A stretch of 64,000 bases of DNA from Minisyncoccota bacterium (GCA_021734945.1 JAIPIA010000001.1:90243-154242); one strand, 5' to 3'; counted from the stretch's first letter, positions 38,890 through 48,814 are shown. Translations and numbers: made by a program. Notes: a model not told the origin generated them from the sequence alone.

Positions 38890-39462
38890 TTGAAACCTGA
38901 TATTCTCTGCAGTGTTTTGGCAGGACTTCTCAGTGTCCTCGCCTTCGGCATCTATAATTGGCAAACTTTCCAAGGACAAGTCAGCCCTAACATCACTTCG
39001 TGGGCAGTGTGGAGCTTTATGACGCTCCTCAACTTCACTTCCTATAAAGCAATGACAAAGGATGGCTGGAAAAGTCTTCTTCCGACCATTAGTGGTATCC
39101 AGTGCATTCTCACCTTTGTGCTCGCTCTCTTCCAAGGGCAACTCAAAGTAATTGGAATGAACGACGGTATCGTCCTCGTGGTCGGCATCACGGCAAGTTT
39201 GTTGTGGTGGAAGCTTAAGTCTCCAACAGTCACGAACATGATGCTCCAGCTTGGCATCACCATAGGTTTCATCCCGACGTTTCAAAGTGTCTGGATGCGA
39301 CCTCAAAGTGAAATCGCCCTTTGCTGGTTTCTGTGGACTGTCTCGTTTGTGTTCCAAACTACCGTGGTCATTCAGCGGTGGAAAGAACAAAAGCGAGACC
39401 TTGTCTATCCAATCAATTGCCTTTGGCTTCATCTCGCTGTGGCACTGCTGGCTCTTCGGTAA
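38890..39462 (+). CDS. hypothetical multi-TM membrane protein, GC-rich gene
   Basis: 190 aa; TTG start 8 nt after a strong RBS AAAGGAGG; 5-6 TM helices; noticeably higher GC than genome; antisense 218-aa ORF rejected. Confidence 0.55.
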   Translation: MKPDILCSVLAGLLSVLAFGIYNWQTFQGQVSPNITSWAVWSFMTLLNFTSYKAMTKDGWKSLLPTISGIQCILTFVLALFQGQLKVIGMNDGIVLVVGITASLLWWKLKSPTVTNMMLQLGITIGFIPTFQSVWMRPQSEIALCWFLWTVSFVFQTTVVIQRWKEQKRDLVYPINCLWLHLAVALLALR

Positions 39463-39649
39463 TAACCCACTCAACAGGATACCCCTGCTTGCAGTGGGTT
39501 TTCCTTTTATATAAGTAAACAAGTTCTAATATCCTCAAGCCCACGGAGATAAGTTGTCAGACAATTTGTGAGGTGTATCATTAAGTCAGATTTAAGCGTT
39601 TAAAACCTGCGGAGTTAACATCAACCCACAATACAGAAAGGAGAACTTA

Positions 39650-40561
39650 ATGAAAATCTTTTATGATAGCACTTACGATTTAGAAGGTTACGACACCACA
39701 AGGAAAGCTAAATGGATCTATGATTCTCTGTGCCAAAACCCAATCAGAAATGTCGAGGTCATAAGTCCTCCATTGCTGGATGAGACGCTCTTAAAAAGAG
39801 TTCATTGTCAAAGGTATATAAACACAGTGAGGTCAGGATCACCAATCAGACTTGCTGAATCGCAAGGTCTTCGTTGGTCACCTGATCTTTGGAGATCTGT
39901 AACTGCTTCCACTATGGGCGTAGTAGCTGCTGCACAACAATCATTGAATGATGGTGTTTCTGGTTCATTATCGAGTGGATTGCATCATGCACAGTACGCG
40001 CGTGGAGCAGGATACTGCACGTTCAATGGTCTTGTGGTAGCAGCAGAGCATCTCCATCAAGAAGGAGTTGAACATATTCTCATTCTTGATTTGGATGCCC
40101 ATTTTGGAGGAGGTACAAACTCACTTCTTGTCAAAAGGGGTTATATCCATCATGTTGATGTATCAGTCAGCAGGTTTGATAGGTATCCTGTGTGTCCTTG
40201 TCAGGCTGGCACGAATCCTCGTCCTTTCAGAACAGCTTTGTTGATTACTAATTCCGATGAGTATCTTCGATCAATTGAAATCTGCCTTGAAAAGATTGAG
40301 GAATTAAACATCAAGTTTGGCGCTTGCTTATACAACGCTGGTGTGGATCCACATGAAAATTGTATGGTAGGAGGAATTGATGGAATCACGACTGATACCC
40401 TGCACTGTCGCGATCAGATGGTTTTTGAATGGTGTAAGAGACGGGGAGTACCTATTTCATTTGCTTTGGCTGGCGGTTATATAGGCACACAGCTGTCAGT
40501 GGAGACGCTTGTTGGCTTGCATCGAGGAACGATTGAAGCGGCAGCTAGGACTATTCGTTGA
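39650..40561 (+). CDS. histone deacetylase (HDAC)/acetoin-utilisation AcuC/acetylpolyamine amidohydrolase family protein
   Basis: 303 aa; HDAC motifs GLHHAQYARGAGYCTFNGL and ILILDLDAHFGGGT (variant of D.D.HHGNG); strong RBS AGGAGA; GC-rich. Confidence 0.8.
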   Translation: MKIFYDSTYDLEGYDTTRKAKWIYDSLCQNPIRNVEVISPPLLDETLLKRVHCQRYINTVRSGSPIRLAESQGLRWSPDLWRSVTASTMGVVAAAQQSLNDGVSGSLSSGLHHAQYARGAGYCTFNGLVVAAEHLHQEGVEHILILDLDAHFGGGTNSLLVKRGYIHHVDVSVSRFDRYPVCPCQAGTNPRPFRTALLITNSDEYLRSIEICLEKIEELNIKFGACLYNAGVDPHENCMVGGIDGITTDTLHCRDQMVFEWCKRRGVPISFALAGGYIGTQLSVETLVGLHRGTIEAAARTIR

Positions 40562-40569
40562 GATTTTGT

Positions 40570-40603
40570 GGTGGCGCTGTCCTTAGTTGGACGGCGCCAC
40601 TTT
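40570..40603 (+). terminator. rho-independent terminator
   Basis: GTGGCGCTGTCC-ttagtt-GGACGGCGCCAC 12-bp stem (one G-U) followed by TTTT. Confidence 0.7.
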
Positions 40604-40669
40604 TACGTTTATATTACTTACACTTGATAATAGTGATGAATTTAATTATCATTAGTGTAATTAAATAAT

Positions 40670-41962
40670 ATGAATAGCGATAAAGTAAATGTTCGGAGAG
40701 AATTTTTTGCTGGCCTTGCCACGTATTTGGCAATTACGCATGTATTCATACTTAATCCAATATTATTGTCTAAGGCAGGTATTAATTTAAGTGCAGGTTT
40801 CTTTGCTGTAATAATATCTAGTTTTGTCGCTACTTTGCTTATGGGTATTTGGGCAAAATTACCTTTTGTAGTTGCTCCTGCTACTACGCTAACCACTTTC
40901 CTTGTCTATTATGTAGTTATAGAAAATGGTGTTCCTTGGCAAGGAGCATTAGCTGCTGTGTTTGTATCTGGTGTGCTTTGCATACTGATGACATATTTCT
41001 CAGTTAGAACAAAAATAATTGAGTCTATGGATGGTGTGTTGAAAATTGGACTTCTTTTTTCCCTGGGCTCATTCTTAGTAGCAAATGGACTAGTGCAAGC
41101 TAAGATAATAGTTTTTAATAATGGTCTAATTAAGTTTTTGCCATTCAATTCATTTCAAACGTATACAGGTTTTCTTATTTTATTGGCGGGGCTTGGCACA
41201 ACACTTCTTTTTAGAATTAGATTTATGAGGCTATCTTTTGCTCCAGTTATTGGAATAATTGTCGCTGCACTGCTTGCTTATAGTCTTGGAATTAAGTCTA
41301 CAGTGGGCGCACACTTCTCTAAGGAAATGTTTTTATCTATTGGAAAATTGGATTTTTCGCTTCTTTTGGATTCTCGAGTAATTACCGCAATACTTATTTT
41401 TTTTATAGTTGATTTCTTTGGTAGCGTAGGGAAATTCGTCGGGTTGTTTGGTTTTATAAAAGGAATGGGGTCTATTGAGGAGAAAGAGAAGATGAACAAG
41501 GCGCTATATATTGATGGAGTAGGAAATATAGTTGGAGCACTATTCGGGGCAACTACTTTATCAGTATTTTTATCAAGTGCTGTTGGAATAAAGGTGGGAG
41601 GTAGAACAGGTCTTACTGCTATATTTGTTTCACTATTTATTCTATCAAGTCTATTTCTGTTTCCATTAGTTGGGTCAATCCCTCCTGGGGCAATAGCCGG
41701 CACTTTGATATATATAGGTTGCAGTATGATTCCTGCTAGAAAAATATTCGGTAATAGTAAGGACATGCTTGGTTATTTATCTGTTTTTGCATTTTTAGGT
41801 GCATCTGTTATTTCTTTCATAACATATAGTATTGATAAATCTATATTATTTCTATTTGTAATTCAAACAATACTTAGTTTACGAAATGGGATTCAGAAAA
41901 GTAATATTACTTTTATGGTAATTACTATTATCCTTGGATTAGCTATCTTTCTTCAAAATTAG
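40670..41962 (+). CDS. NCS2-family purine permease (AzgA-like guanine/hypoxanthine permease, COG2252)
   Basis: 430 aa, about 12 TM; N-terminal REFFAGLATYLAITHVFILNPILLSKAG is characteristic of COG2252 permeases. Confidence 0.7.
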   Translation: MNSDKVNVRREFFAGLATYLAITHVFILNPILLSKAGINLSAGFFAVIISSFVATLLMGIWAKLPFVVAPATTLTTFLVYYVVIENGVPWQGALAAVFVSGVLCILMTYFSVRTKIIESMDGVLKIGLLFSLGSFLVANGLVQAKIIVFNNGLIKFLPFNSFQTYTGFLILLAGLGTTLLFRIRFMRLSFAPVIGIIVAALLAYSLGIKSTVGAHFSKEMFLSIGKLDFSLLLDSRVITAILIFFIVDFFGSVGKFVGLFGFIKGMGSIEEKEKMNKALYIDGVGNIVGALFGATTLSVFLSSAVGIKVGGRTGLTAIFVSLFILSSLFLFPLVGSIPPGAIAGTLIYIGCSMIPARKIFGNSKDMLGYLSVFAFLGASVISFITYSIDKSILFLFVIQTILSLRNGIQKSNITFMVITIILGLAIFLQN

Positions 41963-41977
41963 TATATAATTGAACAT

Positions 41978-42322
41978 ATGAATAATACAAACAAAATAGT
42001 AGTAGCGGTTTTAGTCATCGCTGTAATTGGTATATTTGCTTATTATCAAAAAGTCGGTGAACAGCCAGTTGTTTCTGAGGTCACACCAAGTACTGAAACA
42101 GTATCAACAAGTACATCATCAACAGCTACAACATCTACAGATACAGCAGCTATGGGAAAAATAAATATTGATGTGGTCTGTCAGGGCGCTCTTGCATATA
42201 TGAGTTTCAAAGATGGTGCGAGTGCAGATGCTTTTGTTGCAGAATGTAAAGAAGGAAAACATCCAGAAGTTATTGAGCGATTTAAAGCAGATATGAACCT
42301 TGGTGACGGGGCACAAATATAA
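41978..42322 (+). CDS. small membrane-anchored/secreted Ser/Thr-rich protein
   Basis: 114 aa; N-terminal TM, Thr/Ser linker, small C-terminal domain with 2 Cys. Confidence 0.45.
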   Translation: MNNTNKIVVAVLVIAVIGIFAYYQKVGEQPVVSEVTPSTETVSTSTSSTATTSTDTAAMGKINIDVVCQGALAYMSFKDGASADAFVAECKEGKHPEVIERFKADMNLGDGAQI

Positions 42323-42360
42323 CTTGTTTTTTATTTTTATAGGTATGTTAATATAAAAAT

Positions 42361-43434
42361 ATGTTTTTAAAGGTACTTTTTGCCTTATCATTTCTTTTAA
42401 TTCCACTCAGTTCGGCTTCTGCTCATGAGGCGTATGTTCTTCCGTATGATGCCTTTTGGGATGGAATCAAACAACCATTTAGCTTCCATGCTTTTGATGC
42501 ATTAAAAAATCCGGTTGATCTCCATGTAACTATTGTTATTGTATTGTCAGTTTGGCTTCTCCTTGCTTTAAATTTCTTGTTTCGTCTGACTAAGACTGGA
42601 AATAAATTACATAAATTTGCGGAGAGATTTGCACATTGGGGTCCACATTTTACACGTATTACTATTGCGATCGCATTGTTCTTTTCAGCATGGAGTAATA
42701 GTTTTCTAGGGCCAGAGTTACACTCAAATTTATTGCCATATGCAGGTATAGTACGTGGTGTATTGTTTACTATTAGTATTATGATTGCAATCGGATTGTT
42801 TACGGAGATAGCGGCTCTTGCCGGAATCATTATTTTTGGTCTGGGTTTATCTGTATACGGTCCTTATACATTTACGTATTTAAATTATCTTGGAGAACTT
42901 ATTGTCTTGTTTCTTTTTGGTATGCGAGTTTTTTCTCTTGATAAATATATACTCGGTCCACTTCGTCACTTTAATTCGTTTGAAAAATACGAGACATTAA
43001 TAGTGAGAATAATGTACGGCTTGGCGCTTATATATGCAGCTATTACAGTCAAACTTCTTCATCCAGATTTGACTATCGATGTGGTCAATACGTGGAATTT
43101 GACCAAGTTCTATTGGCTCTTCCCGTCAGATCCATTGCTTGTAACTTTTGGCGCTGGTATTGTCGAAGCTGTAATTGGTATTTTTATTATTTTTGGATTT
43201 GAAATGCGTCTAACTATACTGATTAGTCTTTTCTATATTACGCTGTCACTTTTGTATTTTAGAGAATTGGTTTGGCCACATCTTCTTCTATATGGTATTT
43301 CTTTCAATCTTTTAGTTCAACCTGAGGTTTTTACGATGGATCATCTGTTTTTGGAATATCATCGCAAGACAAAAGATTGGTGGAAAAGACCTTTCTCTGC
43401 ACACAATAAGATTGGAAAAAGTGATATCAAATAA
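42361..43434 (+). CDS. hypothetical polytopic membrane protein
   Basis: 357 aa, signal peptide then about 8 TM helices. Confidence 0.55.
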   Translation: MFLKVLFALSFLLIPLSSASAHEAYVLPYDAFWDGIKQPFSFHAFDALKNPVDLHVTIVIVLSVWLLLALNFLFRLTKTGNKLHKFAERFAHWGPHFTRITIAIALFFSAWSNSFLGPELHSNLLPYAGIVRGVLFTISIMIAIGLFTEIAALAGIIIFGLGLSVYGPYTFTYLNYLGELIVLFLFGMRVFSLDKYILGPLRHFNSFEKYETLIVRIMYGLALIYAAITVKLLHPDLTIDVVNTWNLTKFYWLFPSDPLLVTFGAGIVEAVIGIFIIFGFEMRLTILISLFYITLSLLYFRELVWPHLLLYGISFNLLVQPEVFTMDHLFLEYHRKTKDWWKRPFSAHNKIGKSDIK

Positions 43435-43602
43435 ATTATGAAAAAATAAACATTACATGAGATTGTAAAATTTGCGTCTGGGTTAGTATTTGGAGATTTT
43501 CTCTGCTTAGCATGGATCAGTACTCATGATCACTTGACTTTGACGTTGGGTAATAGTTTATACTAAATTCTAGTAGATTTTTTTTATCACTCTTTTAAAG
43601 TA

Positions 43603-44376
43603 TTGAGTGTATATTTACTACTATTATCTATGTCGTACTCTATAAAACAACTTGCCAAGATAGCTAAAGTAAGTGTTCGAACGTTACATTATTATGATGT
43701 TGTTGGACTACTTACTTCCAATCGAAATAATAAGAATCAATATCGTGTCTATGAAGAGACTGATCTTCTAAAGTTGCAACAGATTCTCTTTTTTAAGGAA
43801 CTTGGTTTTGCGCTTAAGGATATTAAAATAATTATTGAAAATCCAAATTTCAATATAGAAGCGGCACTTAATGAGCATAAAAAAATAATTTTACTCAAGC
43901 AAAGACGTTTACTGGGTCTGATACAGACAATTGACAAGACAATTAACAAAATAACAAATAAGAAATATATGAAAGACGAAGAATTATATGACTCATTTAC
44001 TAAAGAAGAAATGAATAAATTAGCACATGAAGCAAAAGAGAGGTGGGGTCACACCGATGCTTTTAAAGAATCTGAAAAAAAGATGAGAAGTATGAGCAAG
44101 GAGCAAATGGATGTTATAAAAATAGAAGGAGATAATATTCTAAGAAAAGCTGCAACTCTTGTAGATAAGGATGTGCACAGTAACGAGGTCCAAAACCTCA
44201 TTGCTGAACATTATAAACATCTTTCAAATTTTTACACACCAACTCCAGAAATGTATAGAGGATTAGCTGAGATGTATATTGGTGATACAAGATTTAAAAT
44301 TCATTTTGAAAAATATCATCCTGAACTACCACAGTTTATGCATGATGCTATGATTGCTTTTGTGGATAATAAGTAA
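43603..44376 (+). CDS. MerR-family transcriptional regulator with TipAS-like C-terminal domain
   Basis: 257 aa; N-terminal MerR HTH (YSIKQLAKIAKVSVRTLHYYDVVGLL); C-terminal helical domain of TipAS/Mta type. Confidence 0.8.
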   Translation: MSVYLLLLSMSYSIKQLAKIAKVSVRTLHYYDVVGLLTSNRNNKNQYRVYEETDLLKLQQILFFKELGFALKDIKIIIENPNFNIEAALNEHKKIILLKQRRLLGLIQTIDKTINKITNKKYMKDEELYDSFTKEEMNKLAHEAKERWGHTDAFKESEKKMRSMSKEQMDVIKIEGDNILRKAATLVDKDVHSNEVQNLIAEHYKHLSNFYTPTPEMYRGLAEMYIGDTRFKIHFEKYHPELPQFMHDAMIAFVDNK

Positions 44377-44412
44377 AATTATAAGAATAAAATGATTCAA
44401 ATTTTTCAGGCC

Positions 44413-44664
44413 CTATCGGTGTATACATCCAGCCCAACAGCATGGTCTACGCTTTCCAGCTGCGAGATTCTCACTCATTATCCTAATTCGACGACTACGA
44501 GTATCTTCTTTTTTGGCTGACTCAACCCAACATATCCATTCGTTTCGCGCTAGGGGAGTTATATCCTCCCATGTATCTATGAGTTTTTTGGAAAATACAA
44601 GTACATCTTGCATATCCCTGGGTATTTTGTGTAGGGAACCATTTGACAGTGTATTCTTAGTCAT
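44413..44664 (-). CDS. YdeI/OmpD-associated (OmdA) family protein
   Basis: 83 aa; pattern NEWICWVESAKKEDTRSRRIRIMSENLAAG matches OmdA domain. Confidence 0.6.
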   Translation of the reverse strand: MTKNTLSNGSLHKIPRDMQDVLVFSKKLIDTWEDITPLARNEWICWVESAKKEDTRSRRIRIMSENLAAGKRRPCCWAGCIHR

Positions 44665-44700
44665 ATAATTATTTTACCAGAAATAATATATAATATTTGA

Positions 44701-45378
44701 ATGATTGGTGAATTCCCCAAAGTAGAAGGTTTTAAAGATTTTCCTGGTAATATCGCCGCAGGCCTTTTAGATGGTATTAAAAAATATAAAAGTAGCGATC
44801 ATCCATATTGGATTCAAATAATGGGTATACCAGGTTCAGGAAAAACGACGTTGGTACAAATGATTAAAAAGGCGCTTAATGATAGTCATCTATATACACT
44901 GGCAGCTTTTGATGAGTATATGGAGCAAATACCTGACTATCATTTGGAGCGCAACAGAGTTCAAGCTTTTACAAAATATGAAGCTCCGGCTCGGGCGGCA
45001 GGTTTTAAAATATTCGAAGAATTAATTGAAAGAAAAGTTAATGTGTTGTTTGAACACAGTACTGTATTTCCAGCGGTCAAAGACCTTATGTATTTTATTA
45101 AGCAGTCTGGTTACACTTTTATTTTAATACGAGTAACAACTGACACTGGTATTGCTAAAAATCGCGTTAAAAAAAGAGAGAAGCGCACAAAGCGTCATGT
45201 ACCAGAATCTTTAATAGATGAGCGAGCAATTGTTACGGCTGAAAGATGGGACGAATTATCAAAAATTTCTGATGCGCAATTTTCTATTGAAAATAACGGA
45301 AAGCAAAAAGTCGGTGAAACGTTTAAAGTTGTTGTCGCAGAGGTTGCTGACTTTGTGAAGTCTTTAAATATTCTGTAA
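44701..45378 (+). CDS. P-loop kinase (zeta-toxin/AAA_33-like)
   Basis: 225 aa; Walker A IMGIPGSGKTTL; size and layout like small-molecule/UNAG kinases; 3' end overlaps convergent gene by about 55 nt. Confidence 0.55.
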   Translation: MIGEFPKVEGFKDFPGNIAAGLLDGIKKYKSSDHPYWIQIMGIPGSGKTTLVQMIKKALNDSHLYTLAAFDEYMEQIPDYHLERNRVQAFTKYEAPARAAGFKIFEELIERKVNVLFEHSTVFPAVKDLMYFIKQSGYTFILIRVTTDTGIAKNRVKKREKRTKRHVPESLIDERAIVTAERWDELSKISDAQFSIENNGKQKVGETFKVVVAEVADFVKSLNIL

Positions 45379-45856
45379 TCATATATTCTATATTTCGTTC
45401 TGGCTTATATAAAATACAGCCAATCTTTTTTAAACGATCATCATTTTGTATTACATTTAAGACTTCTTCATTGTCGGTTATAAAAGTTGAGATTGTAAAA
45501 GTCACCATCCATTGTAGTTGAAAATATTTTAAATGTTCCAAGTCCTCAATGATGGTTATTATTGGTTTTTTGAGGCCATAACCATAGCCACATTCCCATG
45601 AACTGTCTGTGCCAACAGGTCCATCGACCTCGTAGTTAGATTCATAATTTTTCATATATACCAAAAGAGCATCTGCTTCTTGTATTTGTTGTACATCAAA
45701 GAGAGCAATATCTGGGTTAATGTGCATTTGGTTTTGAGGTACATTCATACTGCCTGGTTCAAAAAGCTGTATGCTTGTCCCAAAACTAGTTGAATATCTT
45801 TCTTTAAATTCAGACCGCCAGAGTTTTACTGATCCACAGAGGTACATTTTTATCAT
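45323..45856 (-). CDS. nucleoside 2-deoxyribosyltransferase-like protein
   Basis: 177 aa; MYLCGSV N-terminus and DSSWECGYGYGLKKPIITI resemble NDT family (D.GTAFELGYA..GKPV). Confidence 0.45.
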   Translation of the reverse strand: MIKMYLCGSVKLWRSEFKERYSTSFGTSIQLFEPGSMNVPQNQMHINPDIALFDVQQIQEADALLVYMKNYESNYEVDGPVGTDSSWECGYGYGLKKPIITIIEDLEHLKYFQLQWMVTFTISTFITDNEEVLNVIQNDDRLKKIGCILYKPERNIEYMITEYLKTSQSQQPLRQQL

Positions 45857-45874
45857 AGGCCTTATTTTAACATG

Positions 45875-46729
45875 CTATAGCTTGAGGCTGAAATATACAA
45901 AACCAACAATATAATGGAGATAAATATAGTACTTATAGAGTATGTGTGGAGAAATTTTACTAGAAAGCTGGTATAAAAAGTAAATAAAGTAGAGACTCAT
46001 TGCTATAGATAATTCAGGGAGACCTTGAATCCATAAACCGCACATAAGAATTGCTGTGAGTAGGAGACATACTAATAGTGTTTTTTTGATGGAGCCGATA
46101 AGTACTGCGGTTGTATAAATTCCATCTCTTCTATCGAACTCTATATCTCCAGACGCTGTATATATATGCATAACTGTGGCAAAAACTGCAATCATAGCTA
46201 GAGTAAAATTTGTGGGGAGATTACCTTGAATCAAATAGTAGCCAAACACGCCCCAAAGTGGAAAGTTGAGCGCAAATAAATTATCGACTATTGGTCGCAT
46301 TTTGAAACGGAGAGGAGGAACATTATATGTAACAACTATAAGAATCCAAATTAGGAAAATAGTTTGAGCAATCAAATCGAGACTGAATATTATTGGCAGA
46401 TATAAAAGAACACTGATTAAAGAAATAACCAACAGAGTTTTTTTGTCACTCGAATCAGCTTTTATCTCAAAACCATCTTTTTTGGGGTTGTCTTCATCTG
46501 TGCCGGTATCGTACGCGTCGTTGAGTGCGTATAAAAAAATATTGGCAGGTATAGTGAGCCAAAAAACTGTGTAAATAATTTTCCATGTTGGGAAAGAAAC
46601 CAAAATGTGTGAGGTTGGGATGTTAAATGACTGTGAATAAAATATTCCTAAAAGGAATGAACCAGCCGTATAAATCCAGATTCGTGGTCTTGATATAAGT
46701 AGAAGTCGTTTAAAAGATAGGGAATGCAT
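45875..46729 (-). CDS. UbiA-family prenyltransferase
   Basis: 284 aa polytopic; Asp-rich motif YALNDAYDTGTDEDNPKK (NDxxDxxxD). Confidence 0.8.
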   Translation of the reverse strand: MHSLSFKRLLLISRPRIWIYTAGSFLLGIFYSQSFNIPTSHILVSFPTWKIIYTVFWLTIPANIFLYALNDAYDTGTDEDNPKKDGFEIKADSSDKKTLLVISLISVLLYLPIIFSLDLIAQTIFLIWILIVVTYNVPPLRFKMRPIVDNLFALNFPLWGVFGYYLIQGNLPTNFTLAMIAVFATVMHIYTASGDIEFDRRDGIYTTAVLIGSIKKTLLVCLLLTAILMCGLWIQGLPELSIAMSLYFIYFLYQLSSKISPHILYKYYIYLHYIVGFVYFSLKL

Positions 46730-46788
46730 AAGTACTTTTTGTTGTGTCGTAATTATATATGTATTAGTAACGGTAGTACAATGTAACT

Positions 46789-47187
46789 ATGAACAATGCA
46801 TACAACTGGTATTCAACGCTTATTAGGCCAACATGGTCACCACCCTCATGGCTTTTTGGTCCTGTCTGGAGTGTACTCTATATTTTGATTGCAATTTCTT
46901 TTGGAAAAGTATTCATGATGGCTTGGCAAAAACAGATACCTTTCACGGTAGCCTTACCGTTCATTCTTAATTTGATTTTTAACTTTACCTTCACCCCTTT
47001 ACAGTTCGCACTTAAAAATAATGGACTAGCTGCTGTAGATATAGTACTAGTACTCGTCACTTTAATATGGGCAATGACAGCTATTTTTCCGTACGCTAAG
47101 TGGATTACCTATATTCAGATTCCGTATGTACTTTGGGTCTCTTTTGCGACTGTACTTCAGTTGACGATAACGTATCTAAATCGATAG
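46789..47187 (+). CDS. TspO/MBR family protein (short)
   Basis: 132 aa; RPTWSPPSWLFGPVWSVLY Trp-rich N-terminal motif, 4-5 TM. Confidence 0.65.
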   Translation: MNNAYNWYSTLIRPTWSPPSWLFGPVWSVLYILIAISFGKVFMMAWQKQIPFTVALPFILNLIFNFTFTPLQFALKNNGLAAVDIVLVLVTLIWAMTAIFPYAKWITYIQIPYVLWVSFATVLQLTITYLNR

Positions 47188-47267
47188 GTAGAGTAAAACA
47201 CTGTAGACACATACCTCAGCAGAAATCTTCTGTCAGGGTTAGTTTATCGTGGTACAATTAAAGCATT

Positions 47268-47954
47268 ATGGAAAATATCAAAAACAATAGACCTTTACTA
47301 ATCAGTGGCGCACTCGTAATCTTTGCTCTATTAATTTCGCTTAGTTTCTTTATTTCTGCATACAACTTCTCTAAACAAGGTTCATATGTCGAAGTAAAAG
47401 GTCTTTCAGAAAAGATTGTAAAAGCAGACACAGCTATTTGGTCAATGAGTTTTGATATCAAATCAAACAATGTGGATTCACTCTACTCTGATATTGAGAC
47501 AAACATCGCTACTATAAAATCTTTTCTTGTAGGGAAGGGATTTGATGCTTCAGAGATAAATGTTGCTCCCGTAAATATTTATCAAGATACATATAAAGAT
47601 GCAGCCTTTAGATACAACTCGACAAATCAGGTTTCTGTCTATACAAAAAAGGTTGATCTCGCAAAATCAACATCAAATGAAACTCTACTCTTAGTGAAGA
47701 AGGGGGTAGTTTTAAGTCAAAATAATATCTCATTTGAATTCTCAGACCTAAATGGCATTAAGCCTGAAATGCTTGCTGAGGCTATTAAAAATGCAGAAGA
47801 TACTGCAAACAATTTTGCACAAAATGCCAACTCGACGGTAGGTAGTGTTACAAGAGGGAATCAAGGTGTATTTGAAATTGAAGAGAAGGATCCAGGTTCT
47901 CCTGAATATAAGAAGATTCGTCTTGTTTCTACATTGCGGTTTTTGCTGAAGTAA
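47268..47954 (+). CDS. SIMPL-domain (DUF541) protein
   Basis: 228 aa; N-terminal TM; alternating beta pattern and C-terminal GSVTRGNQGVFEIEE consistent with SIMPL domain. Confidence 0.55.
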   Translation: MENIKNNRPLLISGALVIFALLISLSFFISAYNFSKQGSYVEVKGLSEKIVKADTAIWSMSFDIKSNNVDSLYSDIETNIATIKSFLVGKGFDASEINVAPVNIYQDTYKDAAFRYNSTNQVSVYTKKVDLAKSTSNETLLLVKKGVVLSQNNISFEFSDLNGIKPEMLAEAIKNAEDTANNFAQNANSTVGSVTRGNQGVFEIEEKDPGSPEYKKIRLVSTLRFLLK

Positions 47955-47988
47955 TCTAATTTAACCTATATAAAATATTTGGAGTGTT

Positions 47989-48252
47989 ATGTGCACACCC
48001 CAAAATACTCCTGGAGCAATTAACGGTGGACTTCGAAAAGAAATGGGTACTGATGTAAAAGAACAGACAAAAAGTGTTAATGGTTTCATTAACTTTGTCG
48101 CAGTTGCGGATATTGATGATATCTCAGAAAAAATAAAGTTGAATGGTGGAGAAATAATGCAGCCTAAAATGGCAGTTCCTACAATTGGTTTCCTCGCATA
48201 CTGTTTGGATACGGAAGGAAATATGTTTGGATTGATTCAACCAGAGATGTAA
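47989..48252 (+). CDS. VOC/glyoxalase-family half-domain protein (possibly truncated)
   Basis: 87 aa; C-terminal TEGNMFGLIQP typical VOC beta-alpha-beta-beta-beta end; only one module present; RBS GGAG upstream. Confidence 0.45.
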   Translation: MCTPQNTPGAINGGLRKEMGTDVKEQTKSVNGFINFVAVADIDDISEKIKLNGGEIMQPKMAVPTIGFLAYCLDTEGNMFGLIQPEM

Positions 48253-48331
48253 ATGGCGGAAGAGAAATTATTTCGAAAATTAAATCTTTTCTGCAGACCT
48301 AATATAAAGAAAAACCAACATCATGACCTGA

Positions 48332-48781
48332 TTATGATAGGCTTTTTGCTACACATTTAGAACATCGACACCCAAGAGGTTTGATATGATCATCCCAATA
48401 CTCTTTGCCATAGTCGTAACAAATTTCTTCGCCGGATTTTATGTTCTTTATTGTAAAAATAAAAACTCGGCCTTTGTGAGTTTCTGGCTCTGCATTAGGT
48501 TTACATGAATGGTTTATGTATCGAGCGGTATTTGAACGATCTCTGCCATCTATAGTCTTTCTTGCATGAACTTCAAATAAATATTTACTAGTACTTGTAT
48601 ATTCTTCTTCTCCTTTAATCTGCCTACCAACATACTCAATAAAGCAGACGCCTTTTGGGATGTCCTCACCTGCATATAAGCCAAGTCCTGCGCTAGAACG
48701 TCCGACACGTAGTTTGTGTCCACTTATATCATACTTGGCTTTCTTTTTTGTCTTGTGTGCTGCTTTGGTAGTTTTCGGCAT
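48332..48781 (-). CDS. SET-domain protein (putative lysine methyltransferase)
   Basis: 149 aa; RYINHSCKPN and EICYDYG SET motifs, post-SET Cys cluster CRCSKC; Lys-rich N-terminal tail. Confidence 0.8.
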   Translation of the reverse strand: MPKTTKAAHKTKKKAKYDISGHKLRVGRSSAGLGLYAGEDIPKGVCFIEYVGRQIKGEEEYTSTSKYLFEVHARKTIDGRDRSNTARYINHSCKPNAEPETHKGRVFIFTIKNIKSGEEICYDYGKEYWDDHIKPLGCRCSKCVAKSLS

Positions 48782-48814
48782 GTTGTATATTTTCTGGTTT
48801 TTTAATGCTTAGAA

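Noticed and set aside
38866-39522. 218-aa minus-strand ORF overlapping the GC-rich membrane-protein gene
   Set aside because: Translation is compositionally random (Cys/His/Arg-rich, no hydrophobic core pattern). The plus-strand frame has a strong RBS plus TTG start and clean TM helices, so this is a shadow ORF of a GC-rich region.
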